From the NCBI GenBank assembly GCA_001776935.1, contig MFDN01000003.1, forward strand, positions 1 to 62,884: DNA of 62,884 nucleotides, in the 5' to 3' direction. Of this stretch, positions 1-9,241 are shown piece by piece. The stretch's first letter is position 1. Every line of letters begins with the position of its first letter. The notes beneath the pieces were generated by a model. That model was not told the origin of the DNA. It searched no databases and saw only the letters and a program-made list of their open reading frames with translations. Source of the stretch: Candidatus Daviesbacteria bacterium RIFCSPLOWO2_01_FULL_39_23. Its GTDB lineage: Bacteria > Patescibacteriota > Microgenomatia > Daviesbacterales > UBA10151. A program made the translations under genes and the position numbers.

Positions 1-60
1 TGATTTAGATACACCCCTGGAGTATGCTGACAAAATCTTCTTTAACAAAGTGTTACCTAT

Positions 61-462
61 GTGGCCTGCCTATACATTCATTTGACATCCGATTTATCCT
101 CCTGTAGTATGATTGCACTCTGCCCTCAAGATATGTTCGAAATTGTTTTTAACCCGCCAACCTCTCAGGTTTCTTTGGAATCTCAAATTGAGAGTTTGCA
201 AACCACACTTGCATCTTTAAACCAAAAAATTATCAGCTTGCAGGAAGAGGTGCAGGAAAGAGACAGAAAGATTACACAGCTGGAAGATATGCTAACCGCA
301 GCACATCCGGAGACGGTTAACATACCGCCTAGGGTTGCATCATTGGTAGAGCCGGTTCCTTCCCGGGCTGATGATACCTTGACAATAGTTGGAGGCTTAA
401 TTAAGCTTTACAAGTTTACATTCCCGCCCGGAGAAGAACAATCTGCCCCTATCAATAAATGA
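61..462 (+). CDS. hypothetical coiled-coil protein (start uncertain)
   Basis: 133-aa ORF with heptad-like segment LESQIESLQTTLASLNQKIISLQEEVQERDRKITQLEDML; stop overlaps next start codon (ATGA 459-462); no family recognised. Confidence 0.35.
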   Translation: MACLYIHLTSDLSSCSMIALCPQDMFEIVFNPPTSQVSLESQIESLQTTLASLNQKIISLQEEVQERDRKITQLEDMLTAAHPETVNIPPRVASLVEPVPSRADDTLTIVGGLIKLYKFTFPPGEEQSAPINK

Positions 463-734
463 ATTTAATTGTAATTTTAATTTTTGTTGTCTTAAATGAG
501 GCAATCATTGAATATTTTATTGGGAACATTAAATCTTTGCGTATCTATATTCCCCTTTTATCTTTGGCTACTGCAATTCTATTGGCGTTTGGCTATCAGG
601 TAAGTTTGTTTCATATTTTTTTGGGTACAGAAGTAATAAATCCCTTTTTTGACTTTTTGCTCTCAGCCTTTGTAGTTGCCAGACTGTCTAACTTTTTAAA
701 CGACTTAGCCCAAAAATATCTGGGAAGTAAATAA
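459..734 (+). CDS. small three-TM membrane protein, holin-like topology
   Basis: 91 aa; hydrophobic segments LIVILIFVVL, IPLLSLATAILLAFGY, FFDFLLSAFVVA plus polar C-tail; translationally coupled to preceding ORF. Confidence 0.4.
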   Translation: MNLIVILIFVVLNEAIIEYFIGNIKSLRIYIPLLSLATAILLAFGYQVSLFHIFLGTEVINPFFDFLLSAFVVARLSNFLNDLAQKYLGSK

Positions 735-736
735 TC

Positions 737-751
737 CCACCTTCCAGGTGG
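737..751. repeat. REP-like hairpin CCACCT-TCC-AGGTGG, 30 nt from RAYT stop
   Basis: 6-bp stem and 3-nt loop read directly; identical copy at 1497-1511 on the other side of the RAYT gene. Confidence 0.6.
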
Positions 752-780
752 ATTACATTGGCACCTTATCTTCCGCAAGA

Positions 781-1455
781 CTATTCTATTACCAAGTGTT
801 TAATTGATTCCAGCTGTCTCGCATAATCTACCTGATCTAAAACGAACTTTTCGTATTTCTTTTTTGAAGGAAAAAGACCTAATACAATATTTCCACTCAC
901 AAGTTTTTTGTCGGAAAGTCCTAAAAATTCAGGATAAGATGACCATTGATAATTTTTCAGCACTTCCAGCTTAATCAAAAAAGAAGAAACAGGATTTAAA
1001 TGAATATACCTCGATACATGCACAAGTTGCTCATCTGATTCTATCCTTACAGCCTTAAATGTTCCTTGAAAGAGAGGACCTATACGGTCATGCTTGGTAT
1101 TGAAATATCGGGTATAGCTATTTGTAAAATTTGATACAAAAATCGAGATTCCATCCTCCATTTTTTGTTTGAGCATTAGATGAAAATGATTAGGCATTAA
1201 ACAAAAACAAACTATTTCTACCAGTTTCTCATAATCATTTTCTAGCTTCCCCAACAACTTTAATTGTTCGTTTTCAGGTTGGATTAGAAACTTTGATAAT
1301 TTAACAGGTAATTCGGCAAATCTGTAGAAATTTAAGGTAAGTAGCGCTCTATCTAATTCTCGCTTATTTGTAAAGGTAGGTCTTTTCTCAACTCCCCTGT
1401 TAAATGCATGATAAATTTCCTCAATTGCGAAAACTAATTTTCTATTAGAGGACAT
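781..1455 (-). CDS. REP-associated tyrosine transposase (RAYT) / IS200-like Y1 HUH transposase domain protein
   Basis: 224 aa; HUH motif in CFCLMPNHFHLMLKQ and catalytic-Tyr motif SRYIHLNPV typical of the IS200-like transposase domain; flanked by identical hairpins. Confidence 0.8.
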   Translation of the reverse strand: MSSNRKLVFAIEEIYHAFNRGVEKRPTFTNKRELDRALLTLNFYRFAELPVKLSKFLIQPENEQLKLLGKLENDYEKLVEIVCFCLMPNHFHLMLKQKMEDGISIFVSNFTNSYTRYFNTKHDRIGPLFQGTFKAVRIESDEQLVHVSRYIHLNPVSSFLIKLEVLKNYQWSSYPEFLGLSDKKLVSGNIVLGLFPSKKKYEKFVLDQVDYARQLESIKHLVIE

Positions 1456-1470
1456 ATTTTAAGAATAGTG

Positions 1471-2211
1471 TTAAAAAGAGTAGGTGTCAAGCCATTCCAC
1501 CTTCCAGGTGGGATGGCACAGGTGGGATGGCAGGTGGGTAGTCACGTCCTCTTCTGTTGGTAATCTAACACCATGAACCCATAAAGATGTCCTAGAGTTC
1601 TTCAAGATTTCCAAAAGCTCACCTTCAAAATCAGGTACTCTTAATTTGTTTCTAGAAACCATTCTAGTTATTTCCTTTTTAATTACCCTAACTGGAACTT
1701 CCTTAATTTTTTCCAAATTTAAATAGGGTTGAGTTTCCTGCCATATAGTATCAGGAAACAATAAATATGAAAATTTTTCTGTTGGCATAATTCCATTAGT
1801 AATAATACGTTTATTGTCATGATAATAAGGAACTTTACAAACAATTAATACTACAGAACACACTCTTCTTGTAAGCAGACCTTTTTCGTCTGGGGAAAGA
1901 TCGATATAGACTTTGTGCTCTCGCTCCCGTTCAATCATAACGGGCAAAATAGAATCCCCACCTGCATATAGGGCATCTCCTATTTGTTCGGTTGGATTGC
2001 TAAAATTATTGAGTATACGTCCATGCAATGATCCTGGACTTCCATCAACTGATCCGAAATAATGCGTACCTTCCATATTAAGTTCCTTAGAGGATCTAAG
2101 GCCATCGAGGAGAATAGAGTTGATAATGCCTGCTCTCTTTTTTTGAAGTGTTGGGTTATTCGGTTTTTCGGCTGGTTCTTTTCTAAAGACACCATGAATA
2201 AATTCCATCAT
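1471..2211 (-). CDS. hypothetical protein
   Basis: 246-aa ORF, no motif recognised; last ~17 codons (HLPSHLCHPTWKVEW) are encoded by the REP-like hairpin/word cluster 1497-1540. Confidence 0.45.
   Translation of the reverse strand: MMEFIHGVFRKEPAEKPNNPTLQKKRAGIINSILLDGLRSSKELNMEGTHYFGSVDGSPGSLHGRILNNFSNPTEQIGDALYAGGDSILPVMIEREREHKVYIDLSPDEKGLLTRRVCSVVLIVCKVPYYHDNKRIITNGIMPTEKFSYLLFPDTIWQETQPYLNLEKIKEVPVRVIKKEITRMVSRNKLRVPDFEGELLEILKNSRTSLWVHGVRLPTEEDVTTHLPSHLCHPTWKVEWLDTYSF
1497..1511. repeat. REP-like hairpin CCACCT-TCC-AGGTGG followed by triplicated AGGTGGG word (to about 1540)
   Basis: Identical to 737-751; followed by caggtgggatggcacaggtgggatggcaggtgggta. Confidence 0.6.
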
Positions 2212-2214
2212 AGC

Positions 2215-2424
2215 TTAAATAGGTTTGCCGGCTAAGCCGTATAGTAGAAGATCTCTTACAAAACCAATTGACTGAATCGGCCAGGATAGGATAACGCTAT
2301 AAAACCCGGGTGATAAAAAAGATAAAAACGGCCAGCGGTAATAAAGGGCAAAAGCGATTGCAAATATAAAACCAAGCATAAAATAAACAATTGCAATACT
2401 TGAGACTATATTTGATCTTTTCAT
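2215..2424 (-). CDS. small two-TM membrane protein
   Basis: 69 aa, two long hydrophobic helices; start overlaps gyrA stop by 1 nt (TAATG). Confidence 0.45.
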   Translation of the reverse strand: MKRSNIVSSIAIVYFMLGFIFAIAFALYYRWPFLSFLSPGFYSVILSWPIQSIGFVRDLLLYGLAGKPI

Positions 2425-5072
2425 TAAGTTGTTTCTTTGGATGAAACCACTGTTGCGGCAGCCACTTTCTCACCGGGTCTTACCCTCATTAAGATTACAC
2501 CTTGAGTTTGCCGCTGTAATGTGGGAACTTCTGCCAGGTTCATCTTTATGAGTTGTCCTTTAGTTGAAGTCATAACTAAGGTATCCATATTTTCATTTAA
2601 AGCCTGGGCTGTGACAATGGGGCCGGTTTTAGCAGTAACTTGGGCCGCTTTTACGCCTTGTCCTCCTCTGCCCTGTCTGCTCCATGCAGAAAACTTGGTT
2701 TTTTTACCTAATCCGTTTTCCATAATAACCAAAAGTGTTTCCTCGTCGCTTTGAACAGTATTTAAAGAAACCACTTCGTCTTTGCCGGTAAGCCTTATGC
2801 CTCTTACTCCTGAGGTGTCCCTGTGGGTTGGTTTGACCTGGGCTTCCGTAAAGCGAATGGATTTCCCGTCTTTTGAAACAATAATCAAATCATCTTTGCC
2901 GCCTGTTGCAGCCACCCAACCAAGCTCGTCTCCTGAATCCAACTTTATAGCAGTCAGGCCATTTTTGCGGATATTGGCATATTCTTCCAGGCTCGTTTTT
3001 TTGACTGTGCCTTTTTTGGTACACATAAAGAAGTATTTAGCGCTTTCACCTTTTTGGCGGGTGGTTAAAACTGCCGTTATTTTTTCTCCCTGTTCAACAT
3101 TTATTAAATTAACAACAGCCTGTCCTTTGGCAGTCCGCTGGGTTTCCGGAATTTCCCAAACCTTAATTTGAAAAACTCTTCCTTTATCCGTAAAAAATAA
3201 AATATTGTCATGTGTTTGAGTATAAAAGATATGGGAAACAGCATCTGTTTCTTTGGTGGAAATACCCATAACTCCTTTTCCGCCTCTGCCTTGCGTCCTG
3301 AAAGAATGCGGAGACTGGCGCTTGATATAACCTCCTTCGGTTATGGTGGCGATCGTTACTTCATTCGGCACTAGATCTTCTTCTGAAAACTCCCCTACTT
3401 TTTGTTTATAAACGCGGGTTCTGCGTTCGTCTGCATATTTTTCCTTAATCCTGATAAGTTCGTCTTTTATAACCTTTAAAATTTTCTCTGGGTGTGCCAG
3501 CAGATCTTCTAAATATGTAATTGTTTCCCGTACCATCTTAAGCTCATCGTCAATTTTTTGCCTCTCTAATGCTGCAAGCCGCCTAAGCTGCATATCCAAA
3601 ATTGCCACGGATTGAATTTCTGTTAATTTAAACTTTTCCATTAAATTCTGTTTGGCAGTATCTGCGTCTTTGGATTTTTTAATGATTTCTATTACTGCAT
3701 CAATATTATCTACTGCTATTTTTAATCCTTCTAAAATGTGTTCTCTTGCTTTTGCTTCCGAGAGTTCAAATTCTGAACGCCGTCTGACAACTACTTGTCT
3801 GTGGCGGATAAATTCTTCCAGGATATGTTTTAAAGTTAAAAGGTGCGGTACACCGTCTGAAAGGGCAACTAAATTAACATTAAAAACAGACTGCATTGCA
3901 GTATGCTTATAAAGGTTATTTAAAAGGGATTGGGGTTTGGCATCCCGTTTCAAATCGAAAACAATTCTAACCATCTGTTTTCTGTCGGATTCATCGCGCA
4001 AATCCGCAACACCTTCCAGTTTTTTGTCTTTTACCAAATCTGCAATTTTAGCAATTAAAGTGGCTTTATTAACCTGATAAGGCAGTTCGGAAACTATAAT
4101 CTGCATTTTTCCGGCAGCTGTTTCATCTATTTCCGCTTTTGCCCGCATCACAATTCTTCCTTTGCCTGTACCGTATGCTGCCAAAATTTCTGTTTGGTCG
4201 TAAATAGAAGCACCTGTTGGAAAGTCCGGACCTTTCACAAATTGCACCAGATCTTCAACGGTGGTAGTGGAGTGGAAGCTATCAGTTTTCAGTATCGCTT
4301 CGCTTGCCTTCGGCTCGCCTCGATCCGGCGGAGCGGGCGTGGCTCCGCTGTCAGCTGTCAGACTTTCTGAATTTTCTGACGACTGACGACTGACGACTGA
4401 CGACTCTTTCTCCGGATGTTCTATCATATAAACCAACGCATCGCAGACTTCTCCCAAATTATGAGGCGGGATTTGAGTGGCCATACCCACAGCAATACCG
4501 GAAGCGCCGTTTAAAAGTAAATTCGGGATTACAGAAGGCAAAAGTACCGGTTCTTGCGTAGTGCCGGAGTAATTATCTATAAATTCTACTGTATTTTTAT
4601 TGATATCCCGAAGCAGTTCTTCGGAAATTGCAGAAAGACGGGCTTCGGTATAACGCATGGCAGCCGGAGAATCGCCGTCAATTGAACCGAAATTTCCCTG
4701 CCCGTCCACCAGCATATATCTCATGGAAAAATTTTGGGCCATTCTGACCATAGCTTCATAAACAGGGGCATCCCCGTGCGGGTGGAAATTCTTTAACACT
4801 TCTCCGACAACTGCTGCGCTTTTTTGAAAACGCGAAGTGTGATGCAGGCCCTGCTGATGCATGGCATAGATAATTCTTCGTTGGACCGGCTTTAAGCCGT
4901 CCCGGACATCAGGTAGCGCCCGGGATACAATAACAGACATGGCGTAGTCGAGGTACGACTTTTTCATTTCATCAATGATGGGAATTAATTGAATTTTGCC
5001 TATATTCATGCGGTTTTTAAACAAAAATTGAGCTTGCAGCTCAGATTTAATTATACCTTTTTTTGATCTCAA
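2424..5072 (-). CDS. gyrA: DNA gyrase subunit A
   Basis: [36 protein letters not shown] active-site Tyr region, GPDFPTG, C-terminal repeat domain; more likely start MNIGKIQL at 5009. Confidence 0.95.
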   Translation of the reverse strand: MRSKKGIIKSELQAQFLFKNRMNIGKIQLIPIIDEMKKSYLDYAMSVIVSRALPDVRDGLKPVQRRIIYAMHQQGLHHTSRFQKSAAVVGEVLKNFHPHGDAPVYEAMVRMAQNFSMRYMLVDGQGNFGSIDGDSPAAMRYTEARLSAISEELLRDINKNTVEFIDNYSGTTQEPVLLPSVIPNLLLNGASGIAVGMATQIPPHNLGEVCDALVYMIEHPEKESSVVSRQSSENSESLTADSGATPAPPDRGEPKASEAILKTDSFHSTTTVEDLVQFVKGPDFPTGASIYDQTEILAAYGTGKGRIVMRAKAEIDETAAGKMQIIVSELPYQVNKATLIAKIADLVKDKKLEGVADLRDESDRKQMVRIVFDLKRDAKPQSLLNNLYKHTAMQSVFNVNLVALSDGVPHLLTLKHILEEFIRHRQVVVRRRSEFELSEAKAREHILEGLKIAVDNIDAVIEIIKKSKDADTAKQNLMEKFKLTEIQSVAILDMQLRRLAALERQKIDDELKMVRETITYLEDLLAHPEKILKVIKDELIRIKEKYADERRTRVYKQKVGEFSEEDLVPNEVTIATITEGGYIKRQSPHSFRTQGRGGKGVMGISTKETDAVSHIFYTQTHDNILFFTDKGRVFQIKVWEIPETQRTAKGQAVVNLINVEQGEKITAVLTTRQKGESAKYFFMCTKKGTVKKTSLEEYANIRKNGLTAIKLDSGDELGWVAATGGKDDLIIVSKDGKSIRFTEAQVKPTHRDTSGVRGIRLTGKDEVVSLNTVQSDEETLLVIMENGLGKKTKFSAWSRQGRGGQGVKAAQVTAKTGPIVTAQALNENMDTLVMTSTKGQLIKMNLAEVPTLQRQTQGVILMRVRPGEKVAAATVVSSKETT
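4270..4408 (-). repeat. in-frame ~46-codon insert in gyrA: MITE-derived GC-rich part plus (CTGACGA)n word hairpin
   Basis: Extra peptide [47 protein letters not shown] between conserved IEHPE and [17 protein letters not shown]; DNA shares CAGCGGAGCC and GAGGCGAGCCGAAGG strings with MITE 46680-46792. Confidence 0.65.
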
Positions 5073-5097
5073 AAGGCAAGGACTTTTAGGGGATGTT

Positions 5098-5712
5098 CTA
5101 GCGGTGATCGTAGAAAAACTTTACCTGGTCTTTGGGTAATCCCAGCTTTTGGTATCTTCTTAAAACTTCTTTTTTTGGTAAGTTTTTCCAGGATTTTTTT
5201 GTGAGGGTGATAAATTCCCTTATCTCGTGTGGGAAAATTATCCAGGCTTTCGTTTTACAAGCAAAAAAGTCAGGAATAATAACTGAATGTGGTTTAAGAA
5301 ATAGCGATGCAGTTTCCACTTTTTTGGCGCCCAATTTTTGCAGGTACTTTTTAACTTCTAAAAATGTTTTACCAGAATCCGTTACATCGTCAAAAAGAAG
5401 GACAGTTTTATTTTTAACAATAACACTAACAGGTAAGCTTTGTTCCAAAATTAACTCAGGGGCAGTTTGTCCGATACCTGAATATAATTTAGCCTTAACA
5501 GAGGCTAGATTATCGGTATCCAAAAAATCAGCTAAAGTCCTGCTCCAGGTCCAGCCGCCTTTGGCTATGGATATCAGCCAATCATATTTTCTTTCGCTTT
5601 TTAAAATTTGTTTGCCCAGTTCAAATATCAGTTTTCCCATTTCTTCCCAAGAAGGAGCAATATAGGAAATATCTTCCCTAAAATTAACTTCCTCAAATCT
5701 TAATTTGCTCAT
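5098..5712 (-). CDS. phosphoribosyltransferase (purine PRT-like)
   Basis: 204 aa; PRPP-binding motif [14 protein letters not shown]. Confidence 0.7.
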   Translation of the reverse strand: MSKLRFEEVNFREDISYIAPSWEEMGKLIFELGKQILKSERKYDWLISIAKGGWTWSRTLADFLDTDNLASVKAKLYSGIGQTAPELILEQSLPVSVIVKNKTVLLFDDVTDSGKTFLEVKKYLQKLGAKKVETASLFLKPHSVIIPDFFACKTKAWIIFPHEIREFITLTKKSWKNLPKKEVLRRYQKLGLPKDQVKFFYDHR

Positions 5713-7259
5713 GCTAATTCAACCAATTTTTTTACCAGTTTTGGGAAGGGTAATCCTATTGCTTTGGCAGCTCTTGGGAATAGGGATTCGGAAGTAAAAC
5801 CCGGTATAGTATTTACTTCTAAAACATAAGGGATACCTTCTGATAATATGAAATCAATCCTTGAGTATTGGCCCAGATTTAACTTTCGGTGGATATTTTC
5901 AGCAATTTGCTGAACTTTCCTCTTTTGGTTTTCATTTAAAGATGGTGCTCCTACAATTTCTTTGGTGGCTCCGGAATATTTATTTTTATAGTCAAACCAC
6001 TTTCCTTCAGGAGGGACTATTTCGATAACCGGTAAGGCATTATTGTCTAAAATTGGTACAGTTACTTCTATTCCAGGTAAATATTTTTCAATGAATATTT
6101 CTGCCTTTGAATTGATTAAATCACGGAAATTTTTTCTTTTTAGATCACGCCTTGTTTTTAAAATGATAACTTCTTTGGAAGATCCGCCGTGAGAAGCTTT
6201 TAAAACAACAGGGAAACCAAACTCCATAATGTCGTTTTCGTTTTTGACAATTTTCCACCGGGAAGAAAGGATTTTATTTTTGTCGCAATATTTTTTAAAA
6301 GGAATTTTAAACCATCCCTGTTTAAAACCTTTGGGATCTCCGCCGACATAAGTTTTGCCGTTTTTCGCTAAAAATTCCTGTAATGATCCACCTTCTCCTT
6401 CTTCTCCGTGAAGCATGGGGAAAAATACGTCGTACAAGGGCAGCATCCTGCTTAAAGCAGAATATCCTTTTTTTAAATCAAATAATTTAACTTCAAAACC
6501 CTCCTCTTCCAGAGCTTTCTTAACCTCTTTAGCAGATATTAAAGATATTTTTCTTTCGGAGGATATGCCTCCGGTGATTACTAAAACTTTCTTTTTCATG
6601 TTGTATTTTTTTAGCCAATTTCTCCAAGCTTCTTTATTTCTATATAAAGGAAACTCTTTTTCTTCTACCCAGTGTAATTTATCAGGATCTTTGATGCAAT
6701 CTGTAAATAATTTTCCGTTTAGGTGATCTATCTCGTGTTGAAAAATCCTGGCTGTATATCCGCCATATTTTTCCTCCACAACTTTAGCTTCCCAATCCCG
6801 GATTGAATTTGAACTTACAAACCGGGATTGTAGCTTCAAAGCTTGTATTTTAATTAAGGCTGGACGGGAGACTATTCCGCAGACCCCGCCCCGCCCGCCA
6901 CGCAAGCCGAGCTTGCGAGGTGTTGCGGGCAGGCCGGTTGAATAACATCCCTCATACCACTCTTCTTGCCTTTTTGATTCCCAAACTATTTTAGGATTTA
7001 TAAATACGTTAATACCGCCTACTTGGCCTTTACCTTCTGCTTTTACATCAACCAAAATTATTCTTTTAAAAATACCAATCTGCGGCGCAGCCAGCCCTAC
7101 CATTAAAGGTTTGCTTTTATCTTTTTGCTCACCATAAGCAATCTGAAGCATTTTTTTGACAGTTTGTTGAAGTTCCGTTGAATTGAATTCCGTTTGGGGA
7201 ATTTCTTTTGAGATTTTTCTTAAAGCCGGATCAAAAGGCTTGACAGATTTAACTTGCAT
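5709..7259 (-). CDS. def-ddl: peptide deformylase fused to D-alanine--D-alanine ligase
   Basis: Def motifs GLAAPQIG, EGCYS, QHEIDHLNG in the N-half. ATP-grasp Ddl in the C-half (KKVLVITGGISSERKISL, YDVFFPMLHGEEGEGGSLQ, SRIDFIL, EVNTIPG). No stop between the halves. The ORF runs to 7361 but that part overlaps murD; MQVKS start at 7259 preferred. Confidence 0.8.
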   Translation of the reverse strand: MQVKSVKPFDPALRKISKEIPQTEFNSTELQQTVKKMLQIAYGEQKDKSKPLMVGLAAPQIGIFKRIILVDVKAEGKGQVGGINVFINPKIVWESKRQEEWYEGCYSTGLPATPRKLGLRGGRGGVCGIVSRPALIKIQALKLQSRFVSSNSIRDWEAKVVEEKYGGYTARIFQHEIDHLNGKLFTDCIKDPDKLHWVEEKEFPLYRNKEAWRNWLKKYNMKKKVLVITGGISSERKISLISAKEVKKALEEEGFEVKLFDLKKGYSALSRMLPLYDVFFPMLHGEEGEGGSLQEFLAKNGKTYVGGDPKGFKQGWFKIPFKKYCDKNKILSSRWKIVKNENDIMEFGFPVVLKASHGGSSKEVIILKTRRDLKRKNFRDLINSKAEIFIEKYLPGIEVTVPILDNNALPVIEIVPPEGKWFDYKNKYSGATKEIVGAPSLNENQKRKVQQIAENIHRKLNLGQYSRIDFILSEGIPYVLEVNTIPGFTSESLFPRAAKAIGLPFPKLVKKLVELA

Positions 7260-8610
7260 TAAATATTTTTTGGACAGCTTCGTTAAATTTTCTACCTCTG
7301 TCAAATTCATTTTGGAATAAATTAAATGAGGTTGCTCCGGGAGAAAATAAAATAGTGTCACCTTCTCTTGCTTCTTTTTTTATCTCTTTTAAAAGATTAA
7401 CTAAATCATTATAAAATCCTTTCCCGCCGATGATTGCAGTATCGCGAATATATTTGGCAATTTCTTTACTGGCATCTCCTTCCAAAAAGTAAACTAATTT
7501 AATACTTTTGGCTGTTTCAATGGCAGCAGCTACTTCGTGGTACTCCAATCCTTTATTCATGCCGCCGGCAATCAGGATTATATTTTTCTTATCAGATGAA
7601 GCTTCTATGGCACTTATAATTGATACCGGATTTGTAGCAGCAGAGTCATTTATAATTGTTATTCCGTTAAAATCGCCCATGGTTTGCATTCTAAACTCTC
7701 CCCCTTTAAAAGCGCTAAAAGCCTTAAGTGTAACTTTGTCATTAATACCTAAAGTTTCTGTGACTGTTAATGCAAGGGAATAATTTTCCCGATAAGCATA
7801 CCCCTTTAAAGGTAGATCTATATTTAGATATTCTTCCTCAAAATCTCCTATACAACTTGTAATAATTTTTGATTTTATTCCCGTAGTTAAATCTTTTGCA
7901 GCTCTTCTTCCGCCGCTATCACCGCAGGGAATAATTAAAAAATCTGTCCTAGTTTGATTTTTGGCAATCTCTTTTTTTGCTTCAATATATTCCTCCATAG
8001 AGGAGTGCCAATTAAGATGGTCCGGATAAATATTGGTAATTACCGCGACTTTTGGAGCAAAATTTTTATCCTTTAACGCTTGCAGCTGAAAAGAAGAAAT
8101 TTCCACCACTATCCAAGGATCTTCTTTCAGATATGGAATGGTATCTAATATACTTTTGCCGATGTTGCCTGCAAAAACAACTTTTTTTCCTGCTTCTTTT
8201 AATGCTTCATAAATTAGTGAAGCAGTTGTTGATTTGCCTTTGGTGCCGGTGACAGCGATGATCTTCTTTTGGTTTGCAAAATTTAAAAAGATAGAAAAAT
8301 CCGTTTCAATTTCCTTTCCTTGTTTTTTTGCATAGTCCATATAAGGATTACCGGGTTTAACAGAAGGATTTTGAATAATTAGATCCGCCCATTCAATATC
8401 TTCGTTTTTGTGGCCCCCTAATGAGTATTCAATATTGTGAATTTCTTTTAACTGTTCTAAAGAGGGTTTTAAAACATCTTCTGATTTTAAATCAGTGACT
8501 TTTACTTTTGCTCCTTGAGAAGCAAAAAATTTAGCACACCCCACCCCGCCTTGATTTAAACCTAAACCAAAAATAAGCACTTTTTTGTCTATAAATGTTT
8601 TATTTATCAT
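7249..8610 (-). CDS. murD: UDP-N-acetylmuramoylalanine--D-glutamate ligase
   Basis: 453 aa; N-terminal Rossmann VLIFGLGLNQGGVG, Mur-ligase P-loop GTKGKSTT. Confidence 0.9.
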   Translation of the reverse strand: MINKTFIDKKVLIFGLGLNQGGVGCAKFFASQGAKVKVTDLKSEDVLKPSLEQLKEIHNIEYSLGGHKNEDIEWADLIIQNPSVKPGNPYMDYAKKQGKEIETDFSIFLNFANQKKIIAVTGTKGKSTTASLIYEALKEAGKKVVFAGNIGKSILDTIPYLKEDPWIVVEISSFQLQALKDKNFAPKVAVITNIYPDHLNWHSSMEEYIEAKKEIAKNQTRTDFLIIPCGDSGGRRAAKDLTTGIKSKIITSCIGDFEEEYLNIDLPLKGYAYRENYSLALTVTETLGINDKVTLKAFSAFKGGEFRMQTMGDFNGITIINDSAATNPVSIISAIEASSDKKNIILIAGGMNKGLEYHEVAAAIETAKSIKLVYFLEGDASKEIAKYIRDTAIIGGKGFYNDLVNLLKEIKKEAREGDTILFSPGATSFNLFQNEFDRGRKFNEAVQKIFNAS

Positions 8611-9241
8611 TTTTAATCCCGCTTAACTCCTTAATAAAGAAATCAACTCCATCCGATTCCAATTTTATATATCCTAAATTAGAAATTGCGTTAGTAAAAT
8701 AAGTTTTATCTGATAAATGGTTTAGTAAAACCCTCATAACTCCGCCGTGCGAAACAATTAAGACCTTTATTCCTAAATGAGCAACAGCCACTTCTCTTAA
8801 AAATGTAATATACCTGCTGATTATTTCTTCATCTGTTTCGTAATCATCATATGGTTTGTAGCTGAGTCTTGCTTTTCGGGTTAAGCTTTCCCATGTTTTA
8901 TGAAAGTCTTTCATATCATTGTATGGAAGACCTTCATATTTCCCAAAACGCCTTTCCCTAAGCGCTTTTGCTGTTTTGATTGCCAGCTTTTTTTCCAAAC
9001 TTATTATTTCTGCAGTTTTCTTGGCGCGGATTAAATCAGAAGAAAATACTGTGTCAAAATCAATGTCTTTTAAGTTTTTCCTTAAAGTTTCTGCCTGCTT
9101 TATACCTTCCGGGTTTAGAGGAATATCGGTTTGTCCCTGGTTTAACTCTTTTACATTCCATTCGGTCTGCCCATGCCTTACTATATAAAGAGTGCAATAC
9201 CTTTGTCTGTTTTTAATCATAAGTGGTATTATAACTAACAA
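8600..9241 (-). CDS. histidine phosphatase family protein (phosphoglycerate-mutase-like)
   Basis: LYIVRHGQTEWN (RHG motif) and LIVSHGG; start may be MIKNRQ at 9220. Confidence 0.75.
   Translation of the reverse strand: MLVIIPLMIKNRQRYCTLYIVRHGQTEWNVKELNQGQTDIPLNPEGIKQAETLRKNLKDIDFDTVFSSDLIRAKKTAEIISLEKKLAIKTAKALRERRFGKYEGLPYNDMKDFHKTWESLTRKARLSYKPYDDYETDEEIISRYITFLREVAVAHLGIKVLIVSHGGVMRVLLNHLSDKTYFTNAISNLGYIKLESDGVDFFIKELSGIKNDK

Noticed and set aside
4347-4406. Short repeated words (CTGACGA)n, and similar arrays at 19119-19189, 29026-29056 and 31444-31470, considered as a CRISPR array
   Set aside because: The units are 7-14 nt with no spacers of unique sequence and no repeat-spacer periodicity, and no cas genes are in the window. 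They are simple word repeats or hairpins.
4270-4408. Inserts in gyrA (and gyrB 14774-14877) considered as inteins
   Set aside because: At about 46 and 33 residues they are far too short. They lack Cys/Ser at the N-junction, a His-Asn C-junction and endonuclease blocks, and the DNA matches local repeat families instead.
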